Source: Minisyncoccota bacterium (GTDB lineage: Bacteria; Patescibacteriota; Minisyncoccia; UBA6257; UBA9933). From it: DNA of 64,000 nt. Numbering within the stretch: position 1 is the first letter of the stretch; every line of letters starts with the position of its first letter. The notes beneath the pieces are model-generated. The model saw nothing but the letters and a program-made list of their open reading frames with translations, ran no database searches and had not been told where the DNA came from. The stretch covers positions 18,738-82,737 of the forward strand of contig JBAZEU010000003.1 in assembly GCA_041653755.1 (NCBI GenBank), given 5' to 3'. Below, in pieces: positions 1-8,664 of the stretch. The position numbers were made by a program, and so were the translations under genes.

Positions 1-126
1 GAAAAAATCAGGAAATCGCCGCTGACTCAAAAAACCCAGAATATCGTTGATTCTTTGGGGTTTAGCTTATTGATAATTTTGTCTATAATAATAATGGTAA
101 AAGACATTAAAGGGCTATTTTAGAAA

Positions 127-1350
127 ATGCGGCAATCAAAACTTTTTACTAAAACTAAAAAAGAATTTCCCAGAGATGAAGAGGCGAAGAATGCCAAGCT
201 TTTGATCCGCGCTGGTTTTATAGACAAGCTGATGGCTGGCGTTTATTCTTTTCTGCCTCTCGGACTTAGGGTAATCCAGAAAATCGAAAATATAATCAGA
301 GAAGAAATGAATAATGCCGACGGGCAAGAAGTTCTAATGCCGGTTTTACATCCGAAAGAAAACTGGGAAAAAACCGGTCGTTGGGGATCCTTTGACGCTC
401 TATATAAATTAAAGAGCAGGTTTGATAAAGAATTTGCTCTTGGACCAACCCATGAAGAAATAATTGTCCCTTTAGCAAAACAATTTATAAATTCTTATAA
501 AAATCTGCCGTCCTATCTCTACCAGATTCAAACCAAACTTAGAGACGAAGAAAGGCCTAAATCAGGTTTGTTGCGAGGAAGAGAATTTTTGATGAAAGAT
601 TTTTACAGCTTCCATGAATCCGAAAAAGATTTGGATACTTTCTATAACAAAATGATTGAGGTTTATCAAAAAACCTTCAAGAAATTAGGGCTTGATACTT
701 TAGTCGTCGAGGCTTCTGGAGGAAGTTTTTCCAAATATTCTCATGAATTTCAGGCGCTTAACGAAAATGGAGAAGATAAAATTATTCATTGCGACTGCGG
801 TTTCGCTCAAAATAAAGAAATATGCAGCTTGAAAGAAGGGGATAAATGTCCGAAATGCAGCGGAAAAGTAAAAGTAGACAATGGCATTGAGGTTGGGAAT
901 ATTTTTAGATTAGGAACAAAATTTTCGGAAGCGTTTGATTTAAAATTTAAAGGAAAAGATGGCAAAGAAAAAATGGTTGAAATGGGATGCTATGGAATGG
1001 GAATCAGTAGAATAATGGCGGCAATCGCAGAGGTTTCATCCGACGATAAAGGGCTTGTTTGGCCAGAAAACGTTTCACCGTTTAAGATTCATCTAATGGC
1101 GTTAGGCAGTCAGAAAAAAGAAGCGGAAAAAATTTATCAATCTTTACAAAAAGAAAATATCGCTGTATTATTTGATGACCGCGACGATATAAGTGTTGGA
1201 GAAAAATTTGCCGATGCTGATTTAATCGGAATCCCTTATAGAATAGTAATCAGCGATAAAACCGTAAAAGAGAAGAAAGTTGAATTGAAGAAAAGAAAAG
1301 AAGAAAAAGCTCGATTGGTGACTCAACGACAATTATTAAAATTAATTTAG
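127..1350 (+). CDS. proS: Proline--tRNA ligase (short form, no INS editing domain)
   Basis: LGPTHEE, RDEERPKSGLLRGREF, GIEVGNIF and MGCYGMG motifs; C-terminal anticodon-binding domain (DADLIGIP). Confidence 0.95.
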   Translation: MRQSKLFTKTKKEFPRDEEAKNAKLLIRAGFIDKLMAGVYSFLPLGLRVIQKIENIIREEMNNADGQEVLMPVLHPKENWEKTGRWGSFDALYKLKSRFDKEFALGPTHEEIIVPLAKQFINSYKNLPSYLYQIQTKLRDEERPKSGLLRGREFLMKDFYSFHESEKDLDTFYNKMIEVYQKTFKKLGLDTLVVEASGGSFSKYSHEFQALNENGEDKIIHCDCGFAQNKEICSLKEGDKCPKCSGKVKVDNGIEVGNIFRLGTKFSEAFDLKFKGKDGKEKMVEMGCYGMGISRIMAAIAEVSSDDKGLVWPENVSPFKIHLMALGSQKKEAEKIYQSLQKENIAVLFDDRDDISVGEKFADADLIGIPYRIVISDKTVKEKKVELKKRKEEKARLVTQRQLLKLI

Positions 1351-1364
1351 GATTTTTTCTATAG

Positions 1365-2408
1365 ATGACCTTTTTAAATTATCTTAAAAAAGATATCGGG
1401 ATAGATTTAGGCACAACCAATTCTTTGGTTTATTTGAAGCAACGGGGGATTATTATCAACGAACCCACCATTGTCGCCATCAATACTAAAAGCGGCCAAG
1501 TTTTAGCCATTGGCAATGAAGCTAAAAAAATGCTTGGTCGCACACCTAATCACATAAGCGTAATAAAGCCGCTGATTAATGGCGTTGTTTCAGATTTTGA
1601 GATGGCCCAAGAGATTCTCCGACATTTCTTCAAAAAAATAAATCAAAATTCTTTCTTTAATTACAATCGTTTAGTCGTTGGAATTCCTACCAATTTAACT
1701 GAAGTCGAAAGAAAATCCGTTGAAGATGCTGCTATGGCTGCCGGCGCCAATAAAGTTTTTTTGGTCGAAGAACCGGTAGCCGCAGTTTTAGGAGCAAGAT
1801 TGCCCGTTAACGAGCCGATCGCCAATATGATCGTTGACATCGGCGGCGGCACTACCGAAATTGCCATTATTTCATTAGACGGAGTAGTAACGGCTAAAAG
1901 CTTAAAAATAGCCGGCGATAAATTTAACGAAGACATTATCAGATATATTCGTGACGAATTTAAATTAGTGATTGGTGAACCGACCGCCGAAGAATTAAAG
2001 ATTACTATCGGTTCTGCGATACCGCTGGATGAAAGATTAGAGTTGGCAGTTCGCGGCAGAGATATGTCCACAGGCTTGCCTAAAGAAATTATGGTAAAAC
2101 ACGGCCAAATAAGAACTGCTTTAAATAACTCAATTGTTTCAATTATTGATACCGTGAAAGAAACGATTGAATCTACCCCTCCAGAACTTGTAGGAGACAT
2201 ATTAAAACAAGGCATTCATCTGTGCGGAGGCGGCAGTTTATTAAAAGGAATTGACCAACGAATTGAGAAAGAAGTAGGCGTTCCAACGACAATCGTAGAC
2301 GAGCCGTTAACCTGCGTGGTAAGAGGAACTGGCATTATCGCAGAGAATTTTTCCTTCTATACAAAAAATCTTTCTACTCCTTTAAAGCCGCTTGATATCA
2401 AGCTGTGA
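1365..2408 (+). CDS. mreB: Rod shape-determining protein MreB
   Basis: IGIDLGTTN, DIGGGTT and GGGSLL actin-like motifs; followed by mreC. Confidence 0.96.
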   Translation: MTFLNYLKKDIGIDLGTTNSLVYLKQRGIIINEPTIVAINTKSGQVLAIGNEAKKMLGRTPNHISVIKPLINGVVSDFEMAQEILRHFFKKINQNSFFNYNRLVVGIPTNLTEVERKSVEDAAMAAGANKVFLVEEPVAAVLGARLPVNEPIANMIVDIGGGTTEIAIISLDGVVTAKSLKIAGDKFNEDIIRYIRDEFKLVIGEPTAEELKITIGSAIPLDERLELAVRGRDMSTGLPKEIMVKHGQIRTALNNSIVSIIDTVKETIESTPPELVGDILKQGIHLCGGGSLLKGIDQRIEKEVGVPTTIVDEPLTCVVRGTGIIAENFSFYTKNLSTPLKPLDIKL

Positions 2409-3118
2409 TGAAAAGAGCTTCATTTCTAATCTTTGCGATTTGTCTATTGGCAGTAATTTTTTTTACTAAGTTTTTTATAATAAAAACAAATTTCCCTTTG
2501 AACCGCTTTTTTTCCACGCAGAAAAGCCTTTACGATGAAAATCTTTCTTTAAAAAAACAAAATCAAGAGCTAAAAGCCCAAATTTTTAAATTTCATCAAG
2601 CGGTAGACTATAAGCTTATTGCTTCTTCTACCAGTGTTTGGCTCAGGCAATATCAATATGAAACCGCCAAAGTGCTTTCCAGCTATCCGTTCAATACCAA
2701 AAATGCTTTAATAGTTAATCTTGGAACCGTTGATAATGTAAAAAAGATGATGCCGGTAGTAATAAGTGAAAATGTTCTGATAGGGGAAGTAGAAGAGGTA
2801 TTCGATAGATATAGCGTCGTTAAAACCATTTTCGATCCATCTTTTCAGCTTCCAATCCGCATCGGCGAAAGCGAAATAGACGGCTTTTTAACTGGCGGCG
2901 ATAGAATAAAAATTTCTTTAGTAGAAAAAGAAAAAGAAATAAAAATCGGCGATGTCGTTTACTCGGCCTCTAAAGATTTTCCCTATGGTTTAAAAATCGG
3001 AGAAATCAACGAAATCAATGATTCGACCAATGGGAATTTTAAAGAGGCGTTTATTTCCCCGTCTTTTAATCTTAACGAGTTAAGAGATGTTTATCTGATT
3101 TTAAGCAATGGCAAATAA
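2405..3118 (+). CDS. mreC: Rod shape-determining protein MreC
   Basis: N-terminal TM, short coiled coil, GDVVYSAS..FPYGLKIG motif; operon position. Confidence 0.88.
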   Translation: MMKRASFLIFAICLLAVIFFTKFFIIKTNFPLNRFFSTQKSLYDENLSLKKQNQELKAQIFKFHQAVDYKLIASSTSVWLRQYQYETAKVLSSYPFNTKNALIVNLGTVDNVKKMMPVVISENVLIGEVEEVFDRYSVVKTIFDPSFQLPIRIGESEIDGFLTGGDRIKISLVEKEKEIKIGDVVYSASKDFPYGLKIGEINEINDSTNGNFKEAFISPSFNLNELRDVYLILSNGK

Positions 3119-3560
3119 TAATTTTTTAACCATTTTTTGTTTAGTACTGACTATATTGCTGGCCATTATTCAGGTAACCGCTATTTCTTCCTTTGGCATT
3201 AAGCCAAACCTGGCTTTAATCGGCTTAATTATTTCAGCTGTTTTTATCAATTCTTTCTGGCTGTTTTTATGCCTAACAGCGGTAATTGCTTTTATCCTAA
3301 AGTTCCAACCGGGATTTGACTTGCAGATTATGGTTTTTTTATTAATCGCTTTAATTATTTATCTATTGATTAAATATTCTTCTTGGCAGCCGTTTTTGAG
3401 CATAAATGTTTTCGTTCTTATTTTTACGGCTACCTTTTATCTTTTAACTTCTTCCGAGCTTATTTTTTCAAGTATCTTTTTAAAAGAATTGGTCTATAAT
3501 GTGATTATTGCTAACTTTATTTTAATGCTCTTATGGCCAAAAACAAAGAAATCTACCTAG
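3108..3560 (+). CDS. mreD: MreD-like membrane protein
   Basis: Multi-TM, GIKPNLAL motif, between mreC and PBP2. Confidence 0.65.
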   Translation: MANNNFLTIFCLVLTILLAIIQVTAISSFGIKPNLALIGLIISAVFINSFWLFLCLTAVIAFILKFQPGFDLQIMVFLLIALIIYLLIKYSSWQPFLSINVFVLIFTATFYLLTSSELIFSSIFLKELVYNVIIANFILMLLWPKTKKST

Positions 3561-5365
3561 AAGAAGCTATCCTTGATGATTTTGCCAAAGATTTAGATCT
3601 CATTGAGCTACCGCTCTCTGAAAAAGCTTTTAAGCTGGTAAAAGTGCTTATTCTTTTTGCGGTTTTGGCTGCAGTGGGAGAAATTTTGTTTTTGGGAGTT
3701 ATAAAAGGCAAATTCTATCAAAACAGAGCTCTTCTTAACGCTGCGGAAAAAACAACGCTTTTAGCCGAAAGGGGATTAATTTTTGACAGATTCGGCAAAC
3801 CCTTAGTTTCGAATTCTTCAACTTTCCGCCTGAATCTAAAAATTTCCAATTTTATCAAAGATAAAAACGAAGAAGAACGAACGATAAAAACGTTGAAAGA
3901 AGTTCTTGGTTTCACGACTGCTGATGTCGAAGATTTTTTGAAAAAGATAAAAGAAGTTGATTTAGAAACCCAAAACTCAATTGTCGTTAAAGAAATAACG
4001 CCTGCTCAAGCGCTGACATTGAAAAATTTAAACCTTGATTCTCTTGAGGTGGAAGAAGGATTCAAAAGAATTTACAATGAACCAGAAACTTTTTCTCATT
4101 TAATCGGCTATACGACCTTCACTAGCGCAAAAGACCTAGAGAAAGATTCTTCTTTGTCTTTTAATGACTTAGTTGGCAGAAGCGGTCTGGAAGCATATTA
4201 CAATAATGAGCTTAAAGGAGAAAATGGCATTATTCTTAGCTACCGCAACACCAAAGGAGAAATTATCGAAAAGAAACAGCTTAATAATCCTATTTCCGGA
4301 GAAAATCTTAATCTGACTATTGATTCTGAATTTCAATCATATTTCTATAACCGTATGCAAGAAGGGTTAAGAAGCTTAGGCAGAGACGCCGGGATTGGCA
4401 TTGCCATAAATCCTCAAAACGGAGAAGTTTTATCTTTAATAAGCATCCCCAGTTTCAACAATAATAAAATAACCCAAGAGGCCTTAACTAATCCCTCAAA
4501 ACCATTTTTCGATCGTGCGATAAGCGGCGCATACTCGCCCGGATCAACCATCAAACCGTTGGTGGCTATTGCGGCATTAAAAGAAAAAATAATCAGCCCT
4601 TTAAAAGAAATTCTATCAACCGGCTACATTGAAGTTCCTAATCCATATTATCCGGATAAGCCATCCCGCTTTCTTGACTGGAAACCTAATGGCTGGGTTA
4701 ATTTTTATTCGGCTATTGCCCGTTCTTGCAATATTTATTTTTACGAAGTCGGCGGCGGGTTTGAAGATCAAAAAGGTCTTGGCATCGAAAAATTAAAAAG
4801 TTACTGGGAAAAATTCGGTTTAGGAGAAAAAACTGGAATTGATTTGCCAGGCGAAGTAACAGGATTTTTGCCAGACGCTTCAACTAAAAAAGGAGGAGAT
4901 AAAATCTGGCGCGTAGGGGATACTTATAACGTTAGCATCGGCCAAGGAGATCTTTTACTTACTCCAATTCAATTAATAAATTATATCGCCTTGATTGCTG
5001 ACAACGGGAAAAATTATCGTCCTTTCGTTGATAAAAATATGGGAGTAAAACCCTTGAAGGACCTTTCAGACCTATTGCCTGAAATTAAAGAAGTTCAGAA
5101 AGGGATGATTGATGCCGTCATAAAGCCCTATGGCACCGCATATTCTTTGAACGACTTGCCGGTTAGCGTAGCGGCCAAAACTGGTTCTGCTCAAACCCAA
5201 AATAATACTGTCACTAATGCTCTTTTTGTAGGTTATGCGCCAGTTGAAAATCCTCAAATTGCAATTCTTGTATTGGTCGAGAATGCCAGAGAAGGAAGCT
5301 TGAACACATTACCGATAGCAAAAGACGTTCTGCTTTGGTATTATAATAAGCGAATCGCTCATTGA
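3533..5365 (+). CDS. mrdA: Penicillin-binding protein 2 (class B)
   Basis: RGLIFDR, PGSTIK (SxxK), SCN, KTGSAQ motifs. Confidence 0.92.
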   Translation: MAKNKEIYLEEAILDDFAKDLDLIELPLSEKAFKLVKVLILFAVLAAVGEILFLGVIKGKFYQNRALLNAAEKTTLLAERGLIFDRFGKPLVSNSSTFRLNLKISNFIKDKNEEERTIKTLKEVLGFTTADVEDFLKKIKEVDLETQNSIVVKEITPAQALTLKNLNLDSLEVEEGFKRIYNEPETFSHLIGYTTFTSAKDLEKDSSLSFNDLVGRSGLEAYYNNELKGENGIILSYRNTKGEIIEKKQLNNPISGENLNLTIDSEFQSYFYNRMQEGLRSLGRDAGIGIAINPQNGEVLSLISIPSFNNNKITQEALTNPSKPFFDRAISGAYSPGSTIKPLVAIAALKEKIISPLKEILSTGYIEVPNPYYPDKPSRFLDWKPNGWVNFYSAIARSCNIYFYEVGGGFEDQKGLGIEKLKSYWEKFGLGEKTGIDLPGEVTGFLPDASTKKGGDKIWRVGDTYNVSIGQGDLLLTPIQLINYIALIADNGKNYRPFVDKNMGVKPLKDLSDLLPEIKEVQKGMIDAVIKPYGTAYSLNDLPVSVAAKTGSAQTQNNTVTNALFVGYAPVENPQIAILVLVENAREGSLNTLPIAKDVLLWYYNKRIAH

Positions 5366-5439
5366 TAAATGAGAGACCGCTTAATATATCGGACGGTCGT
5401 CCGCTATGAAAACAGGATTAAAAAATAATATTTATTCTT

Positions 5440-6429
5440 ATGAAAAGCGATTTGCGTCAAGATATAGTTTCCGGCGACTGGGTAATGATTGCTCCAGACC
5501 GGGCTAAAAGAGATAAAAAAGGACCCTTGGGATTAATCAAAGAAAGCAAAAGGAAAAGACCTCCTCAAAAAGGATGTGTTTTTTGTGACCCAAAGATAAA
5601 TCCCGGGAAACCAATTCTTCTTTATCCGAATAGAGAAGAATACTCAATCAGGGTTATCGAAAATAAATTTCCAGTGCTTACCCACGAAAAAAATCATGCC
5701 CGTTTTTTGAAAAAAGGACTTTATCGCGTAGTCGATGGAATAGGACATCACGAATTAGTCATTACTAAAAATCACGACAATAATTTCGCTCATTTAGAAA
5801 AAAATGTTGCTAATGACGTTTTCCAAGTTTTTCGTAGTCGGTATTCGACATTTTCTAAAGACTCTTGCTGCGCTTATGTTTCAATTTTTCATAATTGGGG
5901 ACCAAAAGCCGGCGCCTCAGTTTATCACCCTCATTATCAAATAATTTCAATGCCTGTTGTTCCGCCCGATATAAGACATTCTCTCGATGGCGCAATGCGG
6001 TTTTTTAATAAACATAAAAAATGTGTTCATTGTGAAATTATAAAATACGAGAAAAAAGAAAAAAAACGAATAGTTTATGAAAATGAAAACGCCATTGTTC
6101 TTGCTCCTTTTGTGGCTCGCGAACCGTTTGAACTGAGAGTATTCCCCAAAAAACATTTTCCTAATTTTGAAAGCACTCCGGAAAAAGATTTAGAAGGCGT
6201 GGTAGAAGCGCTGCAAAAAGCTTTATCAAAAATCGAGACGCGACTCCACGATCCTGATTATAACTTTTTTATCCACACGGCGCCGATAAAAGATGAAATC
6301 AAATATCCTTTTTATCATTGGCATATTGAAATTCAGCCGAAGATAAGCATTTCGGCCGGATTTGAATTAGCGACCGGCGTAGAAATAACCGTTGTCGATC
6401 CTAATGACGCCGCAAAAATACTGAAATGA
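5440..6429 (+). CDS. galT: Galactose-1-phosphate uridylyltransferase family (GalT-like)
   Basis: CVFC, ENKFP, AGASVYHPHYQ catalytic HPH, AGFELATG. Confidence 0.8.
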   Translation: MKSDLRQDIVSGDWVMIAPDRAKRDKKGPLGLIKESKRKRPPQKGCVFCDPKINPGKPILLYPNREEYSIRVIENKFPVLTHEKNHARFLKKGLYRVVDGIGHHELVITKNHDNNFAHLEKNVANDVFQVFRSRYSTFSKDSCCAYVSIFHNWGPKAGASVYHPHYQIISMPVVPPDIRHSLDGAMRFFNKHKKCVHCEIIKYEKKEKKRIVYENENAIVLAPFVAREPFELRVFPKKHFPNFESTPEKDLEGVVEALQKALSKIETRLHDPDYNFFIHTAPIKDEIKYPFYHWHIEIQPKISISAGFELATGVEITVVDPNDAAKILK

Positions 6430-7148
6430 AAAAAATAATTGCTTTTAACTGGAAAATGAACCCAGCTTCTAATAAAGAAGTGAAAAAACTTTTTAAAATT
6501 GTTTCTAATTCTGATACCATTGTTTTCCCTCCTTTCGTTTATTTAAATACGCAACCAAAGCTTAAAAAGGCCCGATTGGGCGCACAAAACCTTTTCTGGG
6601 AAAATTCACCCCGCCAGCTGGCGGGTAGAGGAGCTTTCACCGGCGAAATTTCAGCATTAATGCTGAAAAATATGGGCGTTAAATATGTTATTATCGGTCA
6701 TTCTGAAAGAAGAAAATGGCAGCAGGAAACCGATTGGACAATAAATAAAAAAGTAAAAACCGCTCTAAAAGCAGGATTAAAGATAATCTTATGCGTTGGC
6801 GAAAATTATCAAATTAGAAAAAAGGGGATTAAAGCAGTTAAAAGCTTCATAAGAGCTCAACTCCAAAAAGATCTGAAAAAAGTTAATGGTCCGCTGATTG
6901 TGGCATACGAGCCGATCTGGGCAATTGGCAGCGGAAATTTTTGTAAACCCAAAGATGCTTTGGAAATAATAAAATTCATAAAAGAAATCATAAAACCTAA
7001 AACCCCAGTGCTGTACGGCGGTTCAGTCAACAGCAGAAACATTTTAGATTTCTTAAAATATGAAGAAATTGACGGCGTCCTGGTCGGCGGCGCCAGTGTC
7101 GACAAAAAAGAATTAAAATTAATATTGAAGAATATTTATGCTTACTAA
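6426..7148 (+). CDS. tpiA: Triosephosphate isomerase
   Basis: NWKMN, GAFTGE, GHSERR, AYEPIWAIG, YGGSV, LVGGAS. Confidence 0.96.
   Translation: MKKIIAFNWKMNPASNKEVKKLFKIVSNSDTIVFPPFVYLNTQPKLKKARLGAQNLFWENSPRQLAGRGAFTGEISALMLKNMGVKYVIIGHSERRKWQQETDWTINKKVKTALKAGLKIILCVGENYQIRKKGIKAVKSFIRAQLQKDLKKVNGPLIVAYEPIWAIGSGNFCKPKDALEIIKFIKEIIKPKTPVLYGGSVNSRNILDFLKYEEIDGVLVGGASVDKKELKLILKNIYAY
6610..6625. repeat. Perfect 16-bp GC-rich palindrome inside tpiA
   Basis: cccgccagctggcggg; read in frame within PRQLAGR just before GAFTGE. Confidence 0.85.
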
Positions 7149-7596
7149 GCTCGTAGCGCAAATCGCTAAGTTCGGAACAGTCGGCGTAATGAACACCGTT
7201 ATAGATATTCTGGTTTTAAATTTACTAACCCAGATTTTCAAATTCAGAAAATCTTTTTCCATAAAAGGGAAAAGATTTATGATCGCTAATGTAATTTCCG
7301 TTACTATTTCGCTAATAAACAGTTTTATTTTCAACAGATATTGGACTTTCCAGGCAACCGGGAATGTTGCTTTCCAAGGAATAAAATTTATGACCGTAGC
7401 GCTGATAGGCGCATATCTCATCCAGCAGCCGGCATTCAATAAACTCTACAACAGCTTCTATTCGATTTTGCCATTTTTAAGACCAAAAGAAGGGGAGAAA
7501 AAAGACTTTTGGAGAATGAATATCTCTAAAGTAATTGCGATTCTTCTGGCGGCAGTTTGGGATTTCTTGGGATACAAGCTTTTTGCATTCAAGTAA
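7138..7596 (+). CDS. GtrA family membrane protein
   Basis: KFGTVGVMNTVID, NSFIFNRYWTF, C-terminal YKLFAF pattern. Confidence 0.85.
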   Translation: MLTKLVAQIAKFGTVGVMNTVIDILVLNLLTQIFKFRKSFSIKGKRFMIANVISVTISLINSFIFNRYWTFQATGNVAFQGIKFMTVALIGAYLIQQPAFNKLYNSFYSILPFLRPKEGEKKDFWRMNISKVIAILLAAVWDFLGYKLFAFK

Positions 7597-7753
7597 ACTG
7601 GGCTTGCCCAGTAGTGAGCCGAGCACAGGAACGCCTAGTCGTTTTCCTTAATAAGGTGTAAGAAATTACCAAATCTATATTTTGTTAGGTTAAGACAATA
7701 TTTTGCCAAAGGCGTTCTGGAAAACGAAGTACTCGATCTACTAACTGGGCTTG
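7596..7753. mobile_element. Putative MITE-like inverted-repeat element
   Basis: Imperfect terminal IR gcccagtagtgagccgagcac / gtactcgatctactaactgggc; aactgggcttg repeated directly at both ends. Confidence 0.5.
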
Positions 7754-7780
7754 ACTTTTCTGAAACTATCATGCTATAAT
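7751..7780 (+). promoter_or_regulatory. Sigma70 promoter
   Basis: TTGACT-18 nt-TATAAT with TGn extended -10. Confidence 0.75.
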
Positions 7781-7785
7781 ACCGT

Positions 7786-7887
7786 CAGTGAGCGCTAGTA
7801 TTCTTTCGATTAATCGGAGTCGCAAGACGCCAACGAAAGAATCTTTCTCCAAGTACAAAACTCCGACTTATGTCGGAGTTTTGTTTT
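7786..7887 (+). ncRNA. Candidate ~100-nt small RNA or attenuator
   Basis: Between consensus promoter and terminator acaaaactccgac-ttat-gtcggagttttgt; stem attctttcg/cgaaagaat; gtc-gcaa-gac tetraloop hairpin. Confidence 0.5.
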
Positions 7888-7917
7888 GATATGCTAAGTT
7901 AAATTGATTACAATATA

Positions 7918-8010
7918 TTTAACGAGTAATGCGAGCGGTTACGAGGCGAGCACTCACTAAACAAAAAACTTGGAGGTCACCACTCGTAACCGCTCCCGTT
8001 ACTGGTTAAA
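7918..8010. ncRNA. Long intergenic hairpin, function unknown
   Basis: Perfect 13-bp core gagcggttacgag/ctcgtaaccgctc extended by agtaa/ttact and tttaac/gttaaa. Confidence 0.45.
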
Positions 8011-8026
8011 ATTTTTTGCAAAAAAG

Positions 8027-8035
8027 TTATCCACA
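8027..8035 (+). promoter_or_regulatory. DnaA box
   Basis: Perfect TTATCCACA in an intergenic region; single copy. Confidence 0.5.
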
Positions 8036-8152
8036 GTTGCATTTGAAATTAATTTTATATAATTAAGGTAGAAGTTCTTAGTCATCAAAAGTTAGCGGGG
8101 GTTGTTTGGTCGACCACCCAATGCTAACTAAAATTAACCTCTCTGCAAACAA

Positions 8153-8227
8153 ATGGCAAAAAAGAAAAAAGCCAAGAAAGCCAAAAAAGCAAAGAAGGCA
8201 AAAAAGGGAGGCAAAAAGAGAAGATAA
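8153..8227 (+). CDS. 24-aa Lys/Ala-repeat basic peptide MAKKKKAKKAKKAKKAKKGGKKRR
   Basis: ATG..TAA below the ORF-track cutoff; synonymous codon variation between KKA units; A-rich leader; own terminator. Confidence 0.7.
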   Translation: MAKKKKAKKAKKAKKAKKGGKKRR

Positions 8228-8268
8228 CTCTTGCCTCTATCTTAAACTGAAACATCAGCTTAAGACAT

Positions 8269-8304
8269 AAAACCGCGATGAGCTTTTCACCGCGGTTTTA
8301 TTTT
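8269..8304 (+). terminator. Intrinsic terminator
   Basis: aaaaccgcg..cgcggtttt stem followed by T tract. Confidence 0.7.
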
Positions 8305-8337
8305 GGTATGCTTAATCCATAAATCTAAATAAAACAA

Positions 8338-8664
8338 ATGAAAATTTCTATCAAACAAACCAATATAGAGGTCACACCAGCTCTCTCCGAATACATCGAC
8401 AAGAAGATTGGCTCTCTGGCAAAACTATTGAAAAAAGCAGAAGACAAATCAGAAGTTCTCCTCTATTTAGAAATTGCCAGAAATACCAAGCATCATCATT
8501 CTGGAAATGTTTTTTCCGCTGATGCCAAATTAGTTCTGCCTAAAAAAACTTTATATGCCAGTCATCCAGATTCGGATATAAGAACCGCTATTGATATCCT
8601 AGAAAAAAAGCTTCAGCAAGAAATCAAAAAGTACAAAGATAAATATTTAACAAAGCATGTTTAA
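8338..8664 (+). CDS. raiA: Ribosome hibernation factor HPF/RaiA
   Basis: NIEVTPALSEYIDKKI and DIRTAID..KLQQEIKKYK; upstream of secA. Confidence 0.88.
   Translation: MKISIKQTNIEVTPALSEYIDKKIGSLAKLLKKAEDKSEVLLYLEIARNTKHHHSGNVFSADAKLVLPKKTLYASHPDSDIRTAIDILEKKLQQEIKKYKDKYLTKHV

Noticed and set aside
1661-2215. Antisense ORFs over core genes (this one and many similar, including 63664-63996)
   Set aside because: Shadow frames of well-supported genes with no recognisable motifs.
7918-8010. SRP (4.5S) RNA
   Set aside because: It lacks the conserved CAGG..GGAA..AGCA domain IV motif on either strand.
8027-8035. oriC
   Set aside because: Single perfect DnaA box, no dnaA or dnaN nearby, and no strand switch here.
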